Below, piece by piece: positions 19,202 to 31,524 of a DNA stretch of 64,000 bases. Location: NCBI GenBank assembly GCA_965240325.2, contig OZ251223.1, positions 2,170,001 to 2,234,000 of the forward strand, read 5' to 3'. The position numbers were made by a program, and so were the translations under genes. The notes beneath the pieces are model-generated. The model had not been told where the DNA came from and made no database searches. It was given only the letters and a program-made list of their open reading frames with translations. Source of the DNA: Rebecca billardiae RCC1528 (taxonomy: Eukaryota; Protista; Haptophyta). Every line of letters begins with the position of its first letter. The first letter of the stretch is position 1.

Positions 19202-20599
19202 ATGGCTCGCCGACGGGCGGCAATCAGCCTCGCGGCGTGCGTGCTGCTCGGCTTGCTTCTGCCGGGGTCACACCCGTTGCGAAGCGGCGTGCTGATCCGC
19301 CGGCCGCGAGCCAGCCGCGTCGCCAGCTTGCCGCGTCGTTCGGCGCTTGCTTTCGTGGCAGCGGTGGCCGGCTCGCCGTGGCGCGCTCTCGCCGAGGAGG
19401 AGGTGGAGGAGGACGAGCAGAGCTCCGTGCCGCGCGAAGCGATCGCGACGCTCAATCGCGCATACGAAGCCATCGATCGCGCGGAGCCCGAGCGGGCCGA
19501 GCCGCTGCTCACCACGTGTTTGCGCGCATGGACGGATGCCAACGCGCCGCGCGTGGAGGTTGCATCGCTGCACCGGCTGCGCGGCTCGGCGCGGCTGCAG
19601 CTCGGGCGCGATAAGGAGGCCATCGCCGACCTAGACAAGGCGATCGCGCTCGCCACGCAAGATGAGCGCCTCGACGAGGCGCTCCAGTCCGTCCAGCTGC
19701 GCGCGCTCGCGCGCGAGCAGCGGCGCGAATGGCGCGCTGCGCGCGACGACCTGCGCACACTGATTGACAACGAGGAGGTCATGTCCGCGTCCGGGCCGAA
19801 CCCGTTCCTGCGCCTGCGCCGCGCCAAGGCGTCGAGCGCTCTCGAGGACTACGCGGCTGCGGCCGACGACCTCGCCGACGCCGAGGCGCAGCTCACGCTC
19901 ATCGGCGACCGCATCCGCGCCGTCCTCGCGCGCGCCGAGCGCGCTCTCGTCCTCTACGGCGCTGGGCGCGAGGCCGAGTCGCTCAAGACGATCGAGCGCG
20001 TCTTCGCCGAGTACACGAAGCCGTCGTCGAACAACCCCGACGACCTGCCGCTGCTCGAGGAGCTCAGCCGGCGCGAGGCGGAGCTGCACCTCGCGCTCGC
20101 GGCGCACCTGGGTGGCGGCGCTGCTGACGGCGCCACCTCTGCGGGTGCCGACCCTCGGCGCGCTGCGGACGAGTGGGCGGTCGGCTGCCTGCGGCTGCGC
20201 GTGTACGACGAGCAGCTTCGCGCGCGCCAGCTCGACGAGGACCGCAGGCGGCTCAGCCCGACCCAGCTCGAGCGCGCCAAGTGGTCGCTCGCCGGCCTGA
20301 CGGGCCTCGCACCGGACTCGCCGTTCGTGACCGGCCTGCCGGGCGAGGGCTACTGGTGGTACCGCGACGCGCGCTCCGAGGGCGCGGAGCGACGCTCGCC
20401 GACGGACGTGCGCGGGCCAGGCGAGCGCGGGAAGGGTGGCAATGGGCTGGGCTGCGCCGCCTACGATGGCGAGGCTGGCGCGCAGTACGCGCGCGCTGAG
20501 CGCGGCTGGCCGCCGCGCCTCGTCGCCGCCTTGCGGCGCTACCGTTCCAGCGTGGCACTGGCAGCTGCAAATTCAGTGTCCACGATGAGGGCCGAATGA
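19202..20599 (+). CDS. TPR-repeat protein, probably plastid/secretory targeted (alternative start 19157)
   Basis: Hydrophobic signal-like N-terminus followed by TPR-like helices (RGSARLQLGRDKEAIADLDKAIAL). Confidence 0.7.
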   Translation: MARRRAAISLAACVLLGLLLPGSHPLRSGVLIRRPRASRVASLPRRSALAFVAAVAGSPWRALAEEEVEEDEQSSVPREAIATLNRAYEAIDRAEPERAEPLLTTCLRAWTDANAPRVEVASLHRLRGSARLQLGRDKEAIADLDKAIALATQDERLDEALQSVQLRALAREQRREWRAARDDLRTLIDNEEVMSASGPNPFLRLRRAKASSALEDYAAAADDLADAEAQLTLIGDRIRAVLARAERALVLYGAGREAESLKTIERVFAEYTKPSSNNPDDLPLLEELSRREAELHLALAAHLGGGAADGATSAGADPRRAADEWAVGCLRLRVYDEQLRARQLDEDRRRLSPTQLERAKWSLAGLTGLAPDSPFVTGLPGEGYWWYRDARSEGAERRSPTDVRGPGERGKGGNGLGCAAYDGEAGAQYARAERGWPPRLVAALRRYRSSVALAAANSVSTMRAE

Positions 20600-21242
20600 G
20601 ACTCTGGTTAGATCGACCATGGGCTCGAAGCAGATCTGCTGATGGCATCGTGTGATACTAATAAGTATAGTAGTGAGCCTCCGGCGTTAGTCGTCATACC
20701 TGATACCACTGCTCGGCCCCGGCGGTACTCGTAGTCGTAAGACGTAACTGCGACAGTCTGCGTCGGCGGTATTGCCGGCCGGTATTCTTCGTCGGAACTC
20801 AGTGACCGTACTTCGTCGTCGCGCCGTCGCGTGCACGGGGCGGCCCCACGCCCACGGGCACGGTACAGATCTATTTTTGCTGTCTACTACTTGAGTAACT
20901 GCTACTGTTAGTGTTATAGTCATCCGCTATACGACCGTGCTATATATATATATATATTATAATATTTAATATAACTATATACTGTTGGGCGGTCACAAAT
21001 TCGCGGCTCCAGACGGAGCAGACGGAGGCCAGCGGCACGCGCAGCGGCGCAGCGGATGGTTTCATCGTGCCGCTGGTACTGGACGAATGATGCTGCAGCC
21101 TGCAGCTCGAATCTCCGAAATCATGAGACATGCGGCATGACTCCTGACTTTTCCTTGCCCCACCGGCCAGGTCTCTTACGGATGATGGGCAGAACGACCG
21201 ACGACGGCTCCGAAGTGCTCGTCCACTATCCGTGCGACCTGC

Positions 21243-21692
21243 TCAGCGCATCGTCCACCAGCAGCGCATCTCACCCGTCGGCGGCAAGTAGATGATGTCC
21301 ATTCGATCCGCGTGCCAGCTGCCCATCCGCGTACCACCTGAAATCTTTGTGCGGCCAAAGATCTCGGCGGCCGCGTCGGGTGACGTGACAGAGGCGACGA
21401 CTACTGGCGTCGCCTTGTCAAACGTAGCGGGCGTGATCGCGCTCGCGTTGGGCACGACGAGCTGCTCGAACACCTCGAAGGCGCACGGCATCGTGCAGTG
21501 CGTGCGCGCAGCAATGCACCACTTCTCGACGTCAATGGCGCCTTTCACTTTGTCGCCGAGCGCGCGGCGATGCTGCTCGACCGTCTGGCCCTCGATTTTC
21601 ACTGGCTTGGGCTTCTTGGACGGAGCAGCCTTCACAGGGTCAGCGCCATCCACCACGCGTTTCTTGTTGGCACCGAGGACGAAGGCATCCAT
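21243..21692 (-). CDS. Hypothetical protein, 149 aa
   Basis: Protein-like composition with a basic NLS-like N-terminus (PSKKPK); divergent from the next gene. No family recognised. Confidence 0.6.
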   Translation of the reverse strand: MDAFVLGANKKRVVDGADPVKAAPSKKPKPVKIEGQTVEQHRRALGDKVKGAIDVEKWCIAARTHCTMPCAFEVFEQLVVPNASAITPATFDKATPVVVASVTSPDAAAEIFGRTKISGGTRMGSWHADRMDIIYLPPTGEMRCWWTMR

Positions 21693-21956
21693 ACCGTCGC
21701 GCTAAGAGTGTCGCGGCGACGCGTCGCGGCAATAGACCTGCTCGAGAGCTCGACAGCGCGTAGTCTGCCGCCCAACGGTAGGTAGCTCTCGATCGCTCTC
21801 GCCTCGACCCTCGTCAAAACTCATCAGACAAAAGGTGGTCGAATATCGTCATATATTCGTCTTCATCGTCTTCAAACCAGTAATTATTGCGAGCGGCAGT
21901 CGGCACCACGCGCGCACCATCGTTCATCGGCGAACCCGGCGACGCGCGCGGCCGGC

Positions 21957-23000
21957 ATGGCGATCAGCGGCATGGCAGCGCTCCTCGCCGTCGCGGGGGC
22001 GGCCCTCTCGCCAGGCGGGCTTGGCATGGTCCACCGGCCCGCGCCACTTGTGCGCGTGGCCCCGCGCCCCGCCGTGCGCTCGGCGGTGGTGCCGCGCGCG
22101 ACTGTCGTCGCCTCGGAGCCATCAGAGCCGTCAGAGACGGGCTCCGAGGTCTCCGAGCCGTCTGAGCCCGGGTTCGACATTGGGCGCGTGGTCAGGCTGG
22201 TGGTGTACGCGGGCTTCGCCGGATTCAGCGTGTACGGCACGTACAACTCGATCCAGGACATCATGGCCTCGCTCGGGGGCAACGCCGACGTGCCGGGCGT
22301 GCCGGAGTCGGCCATCGGCATCGCCGTGGACGCGTTCGTGCTCTTCGTGGCGTACCAGAGCTTCATGCTCGACCAGACCGCAGTGAAGGCGAAGGAGGGC
22401 CGCGCCACCGCCGGGCCGAAGGTCGAGCTTCCCGACACCCTCGCCGGCGTCGCGCCCCTGCCGATCCAGCTGCAGATTCCGGACGAGTCGGGTGCGGGCG
22501 GCATGCAGCGGCGGGACGCGCCGATCGCCGAGCTCCAGGCGGCGGCGGGGCAGACGCTACTGCTCGTCGCAGGGTACAAGGACGCCGTGCAGGAGGTGCT
22601 GCTCTCCGCGCTCGTCTCAGGCAGGCAGCTCGCCGAGGCCAACGTGCTCGTCGTCCCGCTTGTCGCCTCGGCGGCGAACAAGCTGCCCAAGGAGCTCTCC
22701 ACGCCGAGCGCGGGCCTCAAGGCGGTCGAGCAGCCCTTCGTCGCGTGCGCGCGCGAGGCGGACGGCGCGGCGTGGGCCGAGGCGCTGCGGGGCGAGCTGG
22801 CCGAGGCGATCCGGCAGTACCAGCCCCCCGCCGGCGCGACCAAGTCGCTGCAGAGCCCGCTAGGCACCGGCGTCCTGCTCGTCGTCGGCGCGAAGCAGAA
22901 GGTGCTGCAGCGCCGGCTCGGGGTGCCGCTCTCATGGGTGGCCTTCCTCGAGCAGGTGGGGAAGCAGCAGGCGGAGGCGCTCCGGGCGGCCGCGGAGTGA
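21957..23000 (+). CDS. Plastid membrane protein, LPA1/DUF3493-like
   Basis: Signal plus transit-like N-terminus and two hydrophobic segments, followed by an alpha/beta region (LLLVAGYKDAV, NVLVVPL, GVLLVV..QRRLGVPLSW). Family assignment is tentative. Confidence 0.55.
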   Translation: MAISGMAALLAVAGAALSPGGLGMVHRPAPLVRVAPRPAVRSAVVPRATVVASEPSEPSETGSEVSEPSEPGFDIGRVVRLVVYAGFAGFSVYGTYNSIQDIMASLGGNADVPGVPESAIGIAVDAFVLFVAYQSFMLDQTAVKAKEGRATAGPKVELPDTLAGVAPLPIQLQIPDESGAGGMQRRDAPIAELQAAAGQTLLLVAGYKDAVQEVLLSALVSGRQLAEANVLVVPLVASAANKLPKELSTPSAGLKAVEQPFVACAREADGAAWAEALRGELAEAIRQYQPPAGATKSLQSPLGTGVLLVVGAKQKVLQRRLGVPLSWVAFLEQVGKQQAEALRAAAE

Positions 23001-24398
23001 GCCATTCGCTCAAGCAGGGTGGCTAGGGCCCAGCTCGCGCTGCACCCTGGGCATTGCTGATTGCGCGTGCGTGTGGGCAGGGACGCCCAGGCTTCGCGGA
23101 CCTGCCCGGCTCCCTGCTAAGCACAGATGACAGAGCCGCAGCTGACGCACGGGCAGCGCGGTCCGATATGATTATAATAAGTCGGGACTCGCGGGACTGC
23201 TTGTCGTCGCGCGTCACGAGCGATGCGGGGCCGACCGAGCTGAGCCGACTCGTGCTCTCTGACTCTGATGGCACGCTTAACAGATTAATCATACTTATTA
23301 ATCATATATATCCGAATCGGATTCTAATAAGCTGACAGTACCGTAGTACTGGTAGTAGTATCGCGTCAGCATAATATATTTTATTGCTGTTATAGCTACT
23401 GTTATAGGCTTACCTAACTAAGCTAGCGTATAAGCTGCTGAGAATCCGAGAATAATACTCCAGTCCGAGTTACAACTGCTATATATACAGGCAATTGCGG
23501 GCAATAAGGAGCTGTCACGTTAAGAAACTGGCGGGGCTTGCTATCTGGGGATCTGGCCTATAGCGGAAACTGAGAGTATTGAGTAACGATTGGCTGGTTC
23601 GCTATACGCATAGTCACACTAAGAAACCGGGACTACGTCGTCGCGGCTGCTGGATGAGTGGTCCGCCGAGGCGCAGTCTCAAGTGCCCGTGGGACGCGGC
23701 CGCGCAGCCCGACTACGAGTACGGGCCAAGTCCCGACTTCTCGTCCTGATGACTGACTCCTGGCCAGTGCACCGCAGCATCCATGCATCATCATGCCAGA
23801 TTTGCTCCAAAATGGCCCGCCAATCAAGTTTTCTTCGGCCTCGCCGGCCGGGCCTAACGGCTCAGCGGGGGGCTCTGCCCCCCGTGCGCCCCCCGCCTGC
23901 GCGGCGGGCGGACCTAGCTAAGAAACTGAGACCCCGTAGGCGCTCGGGCTACCGAACGGCTAACGGGAACCGAGACTCAGCCGTGACGGATCTCTGACTT
24001 CTTATAGTTATTGCCCGCGATTGCCTAGACCGACTAGCCGTTAGACAGACAGTAAGCTACAGTCACCAACTCCAAGGTGCCCACACGCGACCAGAGAGAG
24101 CAGACCGTCCGACGAGTTCCCGTCCGAGTCCGGGCGGGTGACGCGTTCGCCTCGTCACGCAGTCTGCAGGCTACCCGGACCCTCCACCGTCCACGCTCGT
24201 GTAGTGAGTCGTGTGGTTGTCCGGACGGTCCGGCTGCAGTGCCTATCACATCGTCACGTTGTTTTCCCGCCTTCGGCGCTCTTCTGGAGGCTTTTTCCCG
24301 CCGCCCTCTTCTCCTCTCACCGCGGCTCGTCCCAACGGACTTCGTCTCACCAGCGACAACGACAACACGCTGAGCGAGCGACGCGCGTGGCGAGCAGG

Positions 24399-25373
24399 AT
24401 GAGCACGGATTGGCTCACGTGTATGAAACGCGCGAACGTTGAAGCGGAGTACAAGCAAGCAGTCAGCTTCCTCGCCGACGAAGAGCCGACGGCCCGCGAC
24501 TTCCCTGCGGCAATCAGCCTTTTAGCCAAGGCGGCACACGCCGAGCACGTGCCCGCGATCCGCGAGCTTGGCATCTGCATTCTGACGGGTAAAGGCGTCG
24601 AAGCCGATGAAGCGCAGGGGCGTGAATGGATCGAACACGCTGCCGGTCTCTCTGACCCACCTTCGATGCTTCTCCTCTCTGCGTTTCTCGATTTCGGCCT
24701 GTGCGGATGGGACAAGGACATGGCTCGCGCTCACCAGCTTGTACAGCGCGCAGCAGAGATGGGCTATCCCGCGGCGCAGCTCATGTTGAGTGACCGCTAC
24801 TTTGATGGAAAGGGGACTACCCGCTGCCCGAAGAAGGCCATCACGTGGTTGCACCGTGCTGCCGAGCAAGGCTACGCGCAGGCGCAATTGGAGCTGGGGG
24901 AGGCGTTTCGGCGCGGCGAGCGCATGACACAGGACACGGTCGAGGCCAAGCGATGGTTCCGCCGCGCGGCCGCCCAGGGCGACAAACTCGCGCAGGGCGT
25001 GTTGCAAAGCTACGGCGACACAACGCCGGCAAAGCCGCCCGCCACCGCCACCCAGGCTGAGACTACGCGGGCCGCGGCCGAGGGTGGGGACGCCCATTCG
25101 CAGGCCTCCCTGGGCCTCTTTCATTTCTATGGGCTTTACGGTCTGCCCCAGGACTACATTGAGGCTGCCCACTGGATGCGTGAGGCGCACAAGCAAGGCT
25201 ACACGGGGACTACGGACCGCCATCCAGCGCTCCAGGTCGGCATGGGCGTGGAGGCGAGCAACACGGCTGCCTACAAGCACAGTAAGAAGTCGTGGCATAC
25301 GTCCGTGGCCCGCGTGGGGCGCGACTCAGAGACAGAGAGTAGTTACCACTGGGGGCCACCTACTGAACAGTGA
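24399..25373 (+). CDS. Sel1-like repeat protein
   Basis: Repeated A..LG..Y..G.G...D...A..W...AA.QG units. Confidence 0.88.
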   Translation: MSTDWLTCMKRANVEAEYKQAVSFLADEEPTARDFPAAISLLAKAAHAEHVPAIRELGICILTGKGVEADEAQGREWIEHAAGLSDPPSMLLLSAFLDFGLCGWDKDMARAHQLVQRAAEMGYPAAQLMLSDRYFDGKGTTRCPKKAITWLHRAAEQGYAQAQLELGEAFRRGERMTQDTVEAKRWFRRAAAQGDKLAQGVLQSYGDTTPAKPPATATQAETTRAAAEGGDAHSQASLGLFHFYGLYGLPQDYIEAAHWMREAHKQGYTGTTDRHPALQVGMGVEASNTAAYKHSKKSWHTSVARVGRDSETESSYHWGPPTEQ

Positions 25374-25760
25374 CTACGGCCTTCTGCTGCAAGACATGAT
25401 GCATCATCAAGATAGATAAAGATCGATCGATCGATCGACGATCGATGATCTACAGACGAGCAGATACAGACCGACGAGACGATAGATCGATAGTATATAT
25501 ATACATCTATATATATATGATATATATATATATATCATATACATTAATAGTGCCAGTAGTGTCGTCATCAGGGCAATCGGATTCTGCCATTTCATCTGGG
25601 CAATAATGCGGCGGTGCCGAATGATGCCGTCGCCAAGCGCCCTGAAGTAACAGTTCCAAGTAGCTCGAGTACTACGACTAGTAGTGTGTCACTGTGTGAG
25701 TCCGCCTGTGCAGCAGCATATGCAATGGCTGGCCCGCCCGTGTGCGCATATATATATATA

Positions 25761-28700
25761 TCAGTTGAGTTTGGGCTTGCTCGGCGGGCGCGCCCGCAGA
25801 AAGCGCCAGTACAGCGCGCCCGCCAGCGCAAGCAGGAATCCGGTGAGCGCGAGCGCGCCAGCGTCACCCCTCGACGCCGAGCCGAGCTCGCGCTGGTTGA
25901 TGCTCGCGCATCGGAACGGCTCGAGCTCGTCGATCGCGCGCGCGGCCGCCGAGCGCAGCGCCTCGAGCTCCGCGTCGAGCGTGGCGAGCGCGGCGTGCGC
26001 CTCGGTGAGCGCGAGCCGGCTGGCGAGGTCGCTCACGACGCGCTGCACGGCGCGCACGCGCGCAAACGCGCGCGCGGCCGCGCGCGCCTCCGAGCTCGGC
26101 GCGCGCGCCGTCCGCACGGCCGCGGCGCCGTGCACGCGTGCTGTGCGCAGCGCGGCCACCACCATCTCCACCACCTCCGCCGACTCGTGCAGCGCCGACG
26201 CGATCAGGTTGCGCCCCACCAGGTCGGCGTGCATCCGGCTGAGCGACGCCGAGTGCGACGTGTGCGAGAGCGCGTGAGAGCCCACCGCCCAGCTCCACTC
26301 CTGCGAGCGGCGGCGGTGGCCGTCGGAGAGGCCGACGTGCGAGGGCAGCAGGCCGCCCACCTGCCGTCCGCGCGCGGTCCAGCGCGCGGTGCAGCGCGCG
26401 GTACAGCACGCGCACCACGGGTGCGCGGTTGGCGTGTGCGGGCGCGGGTCCGGCCGGCGCGCGCACGCACACGCACACGCACACGCACACGCACACGCAC
26501 ACGCACACGCACACGCACACGCACACACGGCGCGAGTAAGGGCGAGGGCGAGAAGGGCGGATGCGGTGCAGTGCGGCCTCCCGCGCGGCGCACAGCCCAG
26601 AGCCTCTCGCTCTCTCTCTCTCGCGCGCGCACACGCACGAACCACCGCCCACGCACGGCCGCCCGCGCGCGCGAGCGCGCCCACCAGCTGCGCAGCGGCC
26701 GCAACCGCGTGCCGTGTCGGGTCGGCCAAGTCCCAGGCCACGTGTCGGCCGTTGCACGCGAGGTGCGACGGCCAGCGGCGCAGCTCGGCGTCGGCGGGCG
26801 CGGCGGCGGCGGCGTCGGCTTGCGCGGCGGCGGGGCCGACGTTGGCCACGGCGAGCACCACGCCGCCCACCGCCTTTGCCGCGAAGAATCGATCGAGAAG
26901 CACTGGCGAGGAGGCGGAGGGCGTGGCGGAGGCGTCGCCCTCAGACGGCTCGGCGCCGCGCGCCGCGCCGCGCGGCGCGGCGGTGCCGGCGGCAGCGGCG
27001 GCGGCAGGCAGCGCGCCGTCGAGCGTGAGCACGAAGATGGGCACCTCGCGCGCGGCGGGCGGCGGCGCGCGCGCCGCGCGCAGCTGCGCGCGCGCCGCCT
27101 CCGCCGAGTCGGCCGCGCTCGCCCAGGCCATGTGGAACCATTGCTCCTCCTCCGCAGCAGCGCCGCCCTCCGCGCCCGCGGCGCGCGCGGCGCCGGCGGG
27201 CGGCGCGCGCCAGCTGGCGGCGCGCGCGGAGGGCGCGGCGGGCGCGGCGCGTCCGGGCGGCGCGGCCTCGGCGGCGCGCTGCTGCAGCAGCGACGCCAGC
27301 GTGTGCGCGTCAATAAAGTGGCGCGGCTGCGCGCTGAACTCGCCGCTCACAGACAGGCTGGGCACCACGGCCGACGCGAGCGAGCGCGCGTACGCAACGG
27401 CGAGCGTGTCGTCGTCCGCCAGCGCGAGGGAGTGCTCGGTGAAGGCGAAGGTCTGGGTGGGGAGGGCGAGCTTGGCGAGCTCCGCCTTGAGCGCGCTCGC
27501 GTCGAACCGCCCCGCCCCGCCCCCGCCCGAGCCCGCGCGCACGTGGTACACAGCAAAGTGCACGCGCGACGCGGCGTGCGCGCCCGGCGGCAGCGCAGAG
27601 GAGGCGGGGAGCCACAGGTGGCGGATGGCGCCCGAGATGGTGGCGCCGAGCCGCGCGAGGAAGAGCTGCAGCTGCGGCGGCATGTAGTCGTTCGCCGCGA
27701 ACGAGCCCACCAGCGAGGACGCCTCGAGCGAGATCAGCTCGTCCACGACGCCGCCCGCGCCCGCGCCGTCCCCGCTGCCGCCGCCCTCGTCCGCGCGCGC
27801 CCGCAGCTCGGCCGACAGCTCCTCCCACCGGCGGCGCTCGGCGAGGTCGGCGCGCGCGCGGCCGCCGAGCGCGACCGCGGCGGACTCGCGGCTGCCCGGC
27901 GCCGCCTGCGCGGCCTCCGCGCGCGCGCGCGCCGCGGCCACGTCCTCGACCAGCCTGCGGAGCGCGTCCAGCCGCAGCCGCAGCCCAGCACACTCGCGCT
28001 CGGCAATGTGCCCGTGGGCGTAGCAGCCGCGCTCCAGCGTCTGCGGCGGGGCAGGGGCAGGGGCACGGGGAGGGGTGGGCGAGGCGGGTGCGAAGTGCCG
28101 CGCGGCGCACGCCCACGCGCGACGGCGCTCCGCTTGGCCATAGGCGCTCGTCGGTTGGTGCCGCGCGCCGCGCGCCGCGCGCCGCGCGCCGCGTGCGCGC
28201 CGCGTGCGCGGCGTGCGCGGCGTGCGCGCACTCGTGAGAGCACGCTGCGCTCCGCCTCGAGCTGCTCGAGCGTGGGCGGGCCGGTGGACGGGCGCACGCC
28301 GCCGCCCATGTCCACCGCCTCCGCCGCGAAGTGCTCGCCCCCCGCGCCGCTCCCCCAGCTCGCGCCCGCCGGCGCCATCACGTACTGAAACTGCATGAGG
28401 CTGTGCGTGTCGGGCAGCGAGTTGGACGTGTGCACGCCCTCGCCGCCCACGACCGGCCCCCAGTGGAACGGGCCGGCGGAGAGGTCGACGAAGGCGAAGC
28501 GGCCGTCGGCGGCCCACGTGTCCACCAGGCACTCCTCCCCCGGCCCCACGCCCGCGTACGCGCCGCGCACCGCCGCGCGCGCGCGCGCGCCGCCATAGCC
28601 CAGCATCGCGTGCGCGCGCGCGCGCACGCGCTCGGCCGCGTCGTCTGAGCCCGCGGCCGCGGACGCGCGCAGCAGGGGCGCGAGCGAGGCGGCCGAGTCG

Positions 28701-30000
28701 TCGGCGAGCGCGCGGCGCGCCCACTCGGCCGAGGAGGCGCGCGCGTCGCGCCACTCGAGCCGCGGCGCCGCGGCCACGCCGCCGCCCTCGCCGCTCGCGC
28801 CGCTGCCGCCGCCCGCGCTCCGCTGTGCTCGCTGCGCGCGCACCTGCGCAGCCTCGTGCGCGCGCGCGAGCGCGTCGGACGCGCGGCGCATCGCCTCGGC
28901 GCGCGTGACGACGGGCGGCTCGACGGCGACGCCCGCGCCGCCGGGCAGCGACGGCGCCGCCGCGCCGCCGCGCGCGCGATCCCCCTCGGACAGGTACCGG
29001 CCCAGATCGCGATCTCCCGCCACGAGCTCCGCCTCCTCGGCCGACAGCCCGACCCGGTACCCATAGTGAGTAAACTGAGTAGCGGTGCGCGCGGGGTTGA
29101 GGAGGAAGAGGGTGTACGCCTCGGTGTCGAGGCCGAGGTGCGCGCTGAGCGAGCCGAGCACCGCCTCCATCGCCAGCGCGTCCACCTGGAACACCGCGTC
29201 CGGCCCCGCCGCGCCCTCCGCCTGCGCTGCCGGGATGGCGGCTGCGCCCAGCTCGGCAGACTCCGCGCGCAGCTGCGCGCGCAGGAGGGCGTGCAGCACG
29301 TCGGTGACGGCCTCGTCGAGCTCGTACGCGCGCAGCTCGAGCTCGTACAGCACGCGCAGCCGCGCCCCCGTCGGCGCGTCCGAGGCGCCCGCGCCGCCTC
29401 GCCCGCCGCCGCCCACCCCGGCCGTCGGCACAATCAGATGCGGCCGCACACTTTCCAAGCGCTCAAACCAGCGCTCGAGCAGCGGCCGCGAGAGGTTGAG
29501 GCCTGCGGGCACGCGCGCGGGGGCGGGGGCGGCGTGGAGCGCACTCGGACACCGCGCGAGCGCGCGCGCGCGCGACAGCGCGCGCGGCGAGACCGCGCGC
29601 CGCGGGGCCGCGCGCACGCGGCGGCCCGCGAGCAGCGGCGGCGCGCGCGCGCTCGCACCGAGGTGGCCCTCGCCCTGGAAGCCGATGAAGACGAGGTTGA
29701 GCGCGACGCCCACCTCGACCTCGGGCGCGCTCTCGAGCATCAGGCATGTCGCGAGGTCGCCGCACGCCGCCCATCGCTGGTCCTCGCTCAGGTGCGCGCC
29801 AGCGTCTGCGCCGCGCGCGCGCGGGTGATTGGCACTCGCGCGCGCACGCGTGAGCTCGCGGTCGCTGGCCTGGTCGCGTTGGCTCCGCGGGTGCGGATGT
29901 GCGCGCGCGGGCGCGGTGCCTCACCAGGGACAGACAGGGCGCGCGGAGCACCCCCAAGCAGAAGCAAGGCCGCCAGCGGCCATGTCCCCGCACGCAGCAT
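25761..30000 (-). CDS. KNS3/SPOT1 (At5g58100)-like type I membrane protein; introns 29806-29924, 29503-29658, 28041-28231, 26361-26684
   Basis: Signal peptide; LNLVFIGFQGEG, YTLFLLNP, YGYRVGLS, ECLVDTW..GRFAFVDLSAGPFHWGPVVGGEGV, REVPIFV and WSWAVGSH motifs; C-terminal TM followed by KPKLN. Confidence 0.8.
26463..26528. repeat. (CACACG)n microsatellite in intron
   Basis: About 11 hexamer units, seen directly. Confidence 0.95.
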
Positions 30001-30102
30001 GCCCGTCGCGATGGGCGAGCTCGCCTGGCTCGCTGAGCAAGCGGGCAAGATCGTCGCTCGACTCCCGACGGCCGACGCCCGCACTCTGACTGACAGCCAG
30101 CA

Positions 30103-30741
30103 ATGGTGGCAATCAAGGAGCGCCTGCGTGCGGACACGTCGCGCCGTCTCTTCGTGGCGGTGCACGCGCTGCTTGGCGTGCAGCTCGAGCTCGGCCCGGC
30201 GAGTCTCCTGCCGCGTCGTACCCTCGCGCTCGCGGAGGGCGGGCCGTCGCCCCGTCGCGCGATCACGTCCGACTCGGGCGCAGCGTCGTTCAGCGTGCCC
30301 TCGACCTGGGTGGCCGATCGCGGCTCTGGCGTCTGGTCGGACCCCGTGCTGGGCGACGTGGCCGACGGCATGACGATCAGGGAGACCGATACGAAGCTCA
30401 CCGCCGTGACCGACCTCGGGAAGCTCGCGGAGATCCCGCTGACCTCGCTGGGCTTTGACGACCTCGCCAGAGCGGACCTGGTGTCGGGCGCGCAGCGCAC
30501 GGGCAACGACGGCTCGCTCTTCTACGACTACGACCTGGCGCTCTCCCCGGCCGTGTGCGCGCGCGAGCAGGAGATCGTCCCCGGAGCGTGCCTTCCCACG
30601 AAGGTGGTCCTCCTCTCCGCCGCCGTCCTGAGAGGCCGGCTGTGCACGCTGCGGATGGACGTGAGCCCAGCGCAGTGGAAGCGCGCGGCCGGCCAGCTGC
30701 GGACAGTGCGGACGTCGTTCAACGGGGCCGCACCGTCGTAG
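30103..30741 (+). CDS. PsbP-like thylakoid lumen protein
   Basis: RR-containing leader; FSVPSTW...LFYDYDL...SAAVLRGRLCTL...QWKR...LRTVRTSF is typical of the PsbP fold. Confidence 0.65.
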   Translation: MVAIKERLRADTSRRLFVAVHALLGVQLELGPASLLPRRTLALAEGGPSPRRAITSDSGAASFSVPSTWVADRGSGVWSDPVLGDVADGMTIRETDTKLTAVTDLGKLAEIPLTSLGFDDLARADLVSGAQRTGNDGSLFYDYDLALSPAVCAREQEIVPGACLPTKVVLLSAAVLRGRLCTLRMDVSPAQWKRAAGQLRTVRTSFNGAAPS

Positions 30742-31524
30742 GGAACGCCTGGGCGCGATGCAAGCAGCCGCGCGCGACCTGGTCCGTTGTCATTCCGATG
30801 TGGACAGTACAGCAGCCTGGCGCAGCCCATATCTGATTCGGTCCGAGTGCGCATCCGCGGGTAAGTGCACGGCACTCGGCAGTCGTGAGCACTGAGCAGC
30901 AGAGAGCAGGGTCAGCCGTCAGGCTAAGGGTCAAGTCACAATGACTCAGCCTCACCCTCAGGGCGCCTCGTCGGCTCGGACCCGGCCTGGCGGAATCCGC
31001 TGTGCACAGCAGCAGCATATTATCAGCTCTGATGCGCAGACTCAGACGATGACGACTGATATACCGAGTTTACTAAGCAGAATAGGCGGGAAATATTTTT
31101 CAGATATTATTGAAAAATAAAACTGCTGATGTGATATATATATATTAACGACGTGGTATGCAACGGGCAGGCGTCAGAGTCAGCAAGCTGTAGCAGCAGA
31201 TCGAGCAGCAGAGACAAACACCAGGATCAGCGCTCCTCGCCGTCCTCCCCCCCCCTCGTAGTCGCCCATCACTCCATCGCCGAGCGGAAGCTCGACGCAC
31301 CGTCCATGGCGTCGACGCGCGCGCGCCACCGCGGTGGTCGCGGTGCCACGCGTCGTCATATATATATATATATATATGCTGCTGATCGATATGGCGGCCG
31401 GACTACTGCACGCTGATCTGAACCTGTCGAGCGCAGAGCGCAGAATGGGCACACGGAAGGCGCCTATACTACGCGCGCACACGCCTGATGTGCCCTTGCC
31501 AGCTGCCAGTGGTGATTATTATTA

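Noticed and set aside
3713-29658. Apparent excess of in-frame, stop-free (3n) introns
   Set aside because: 5 of 18 inferred introns are 3n, close to the one-third expectation, and absence of stops is expected at this GC content.
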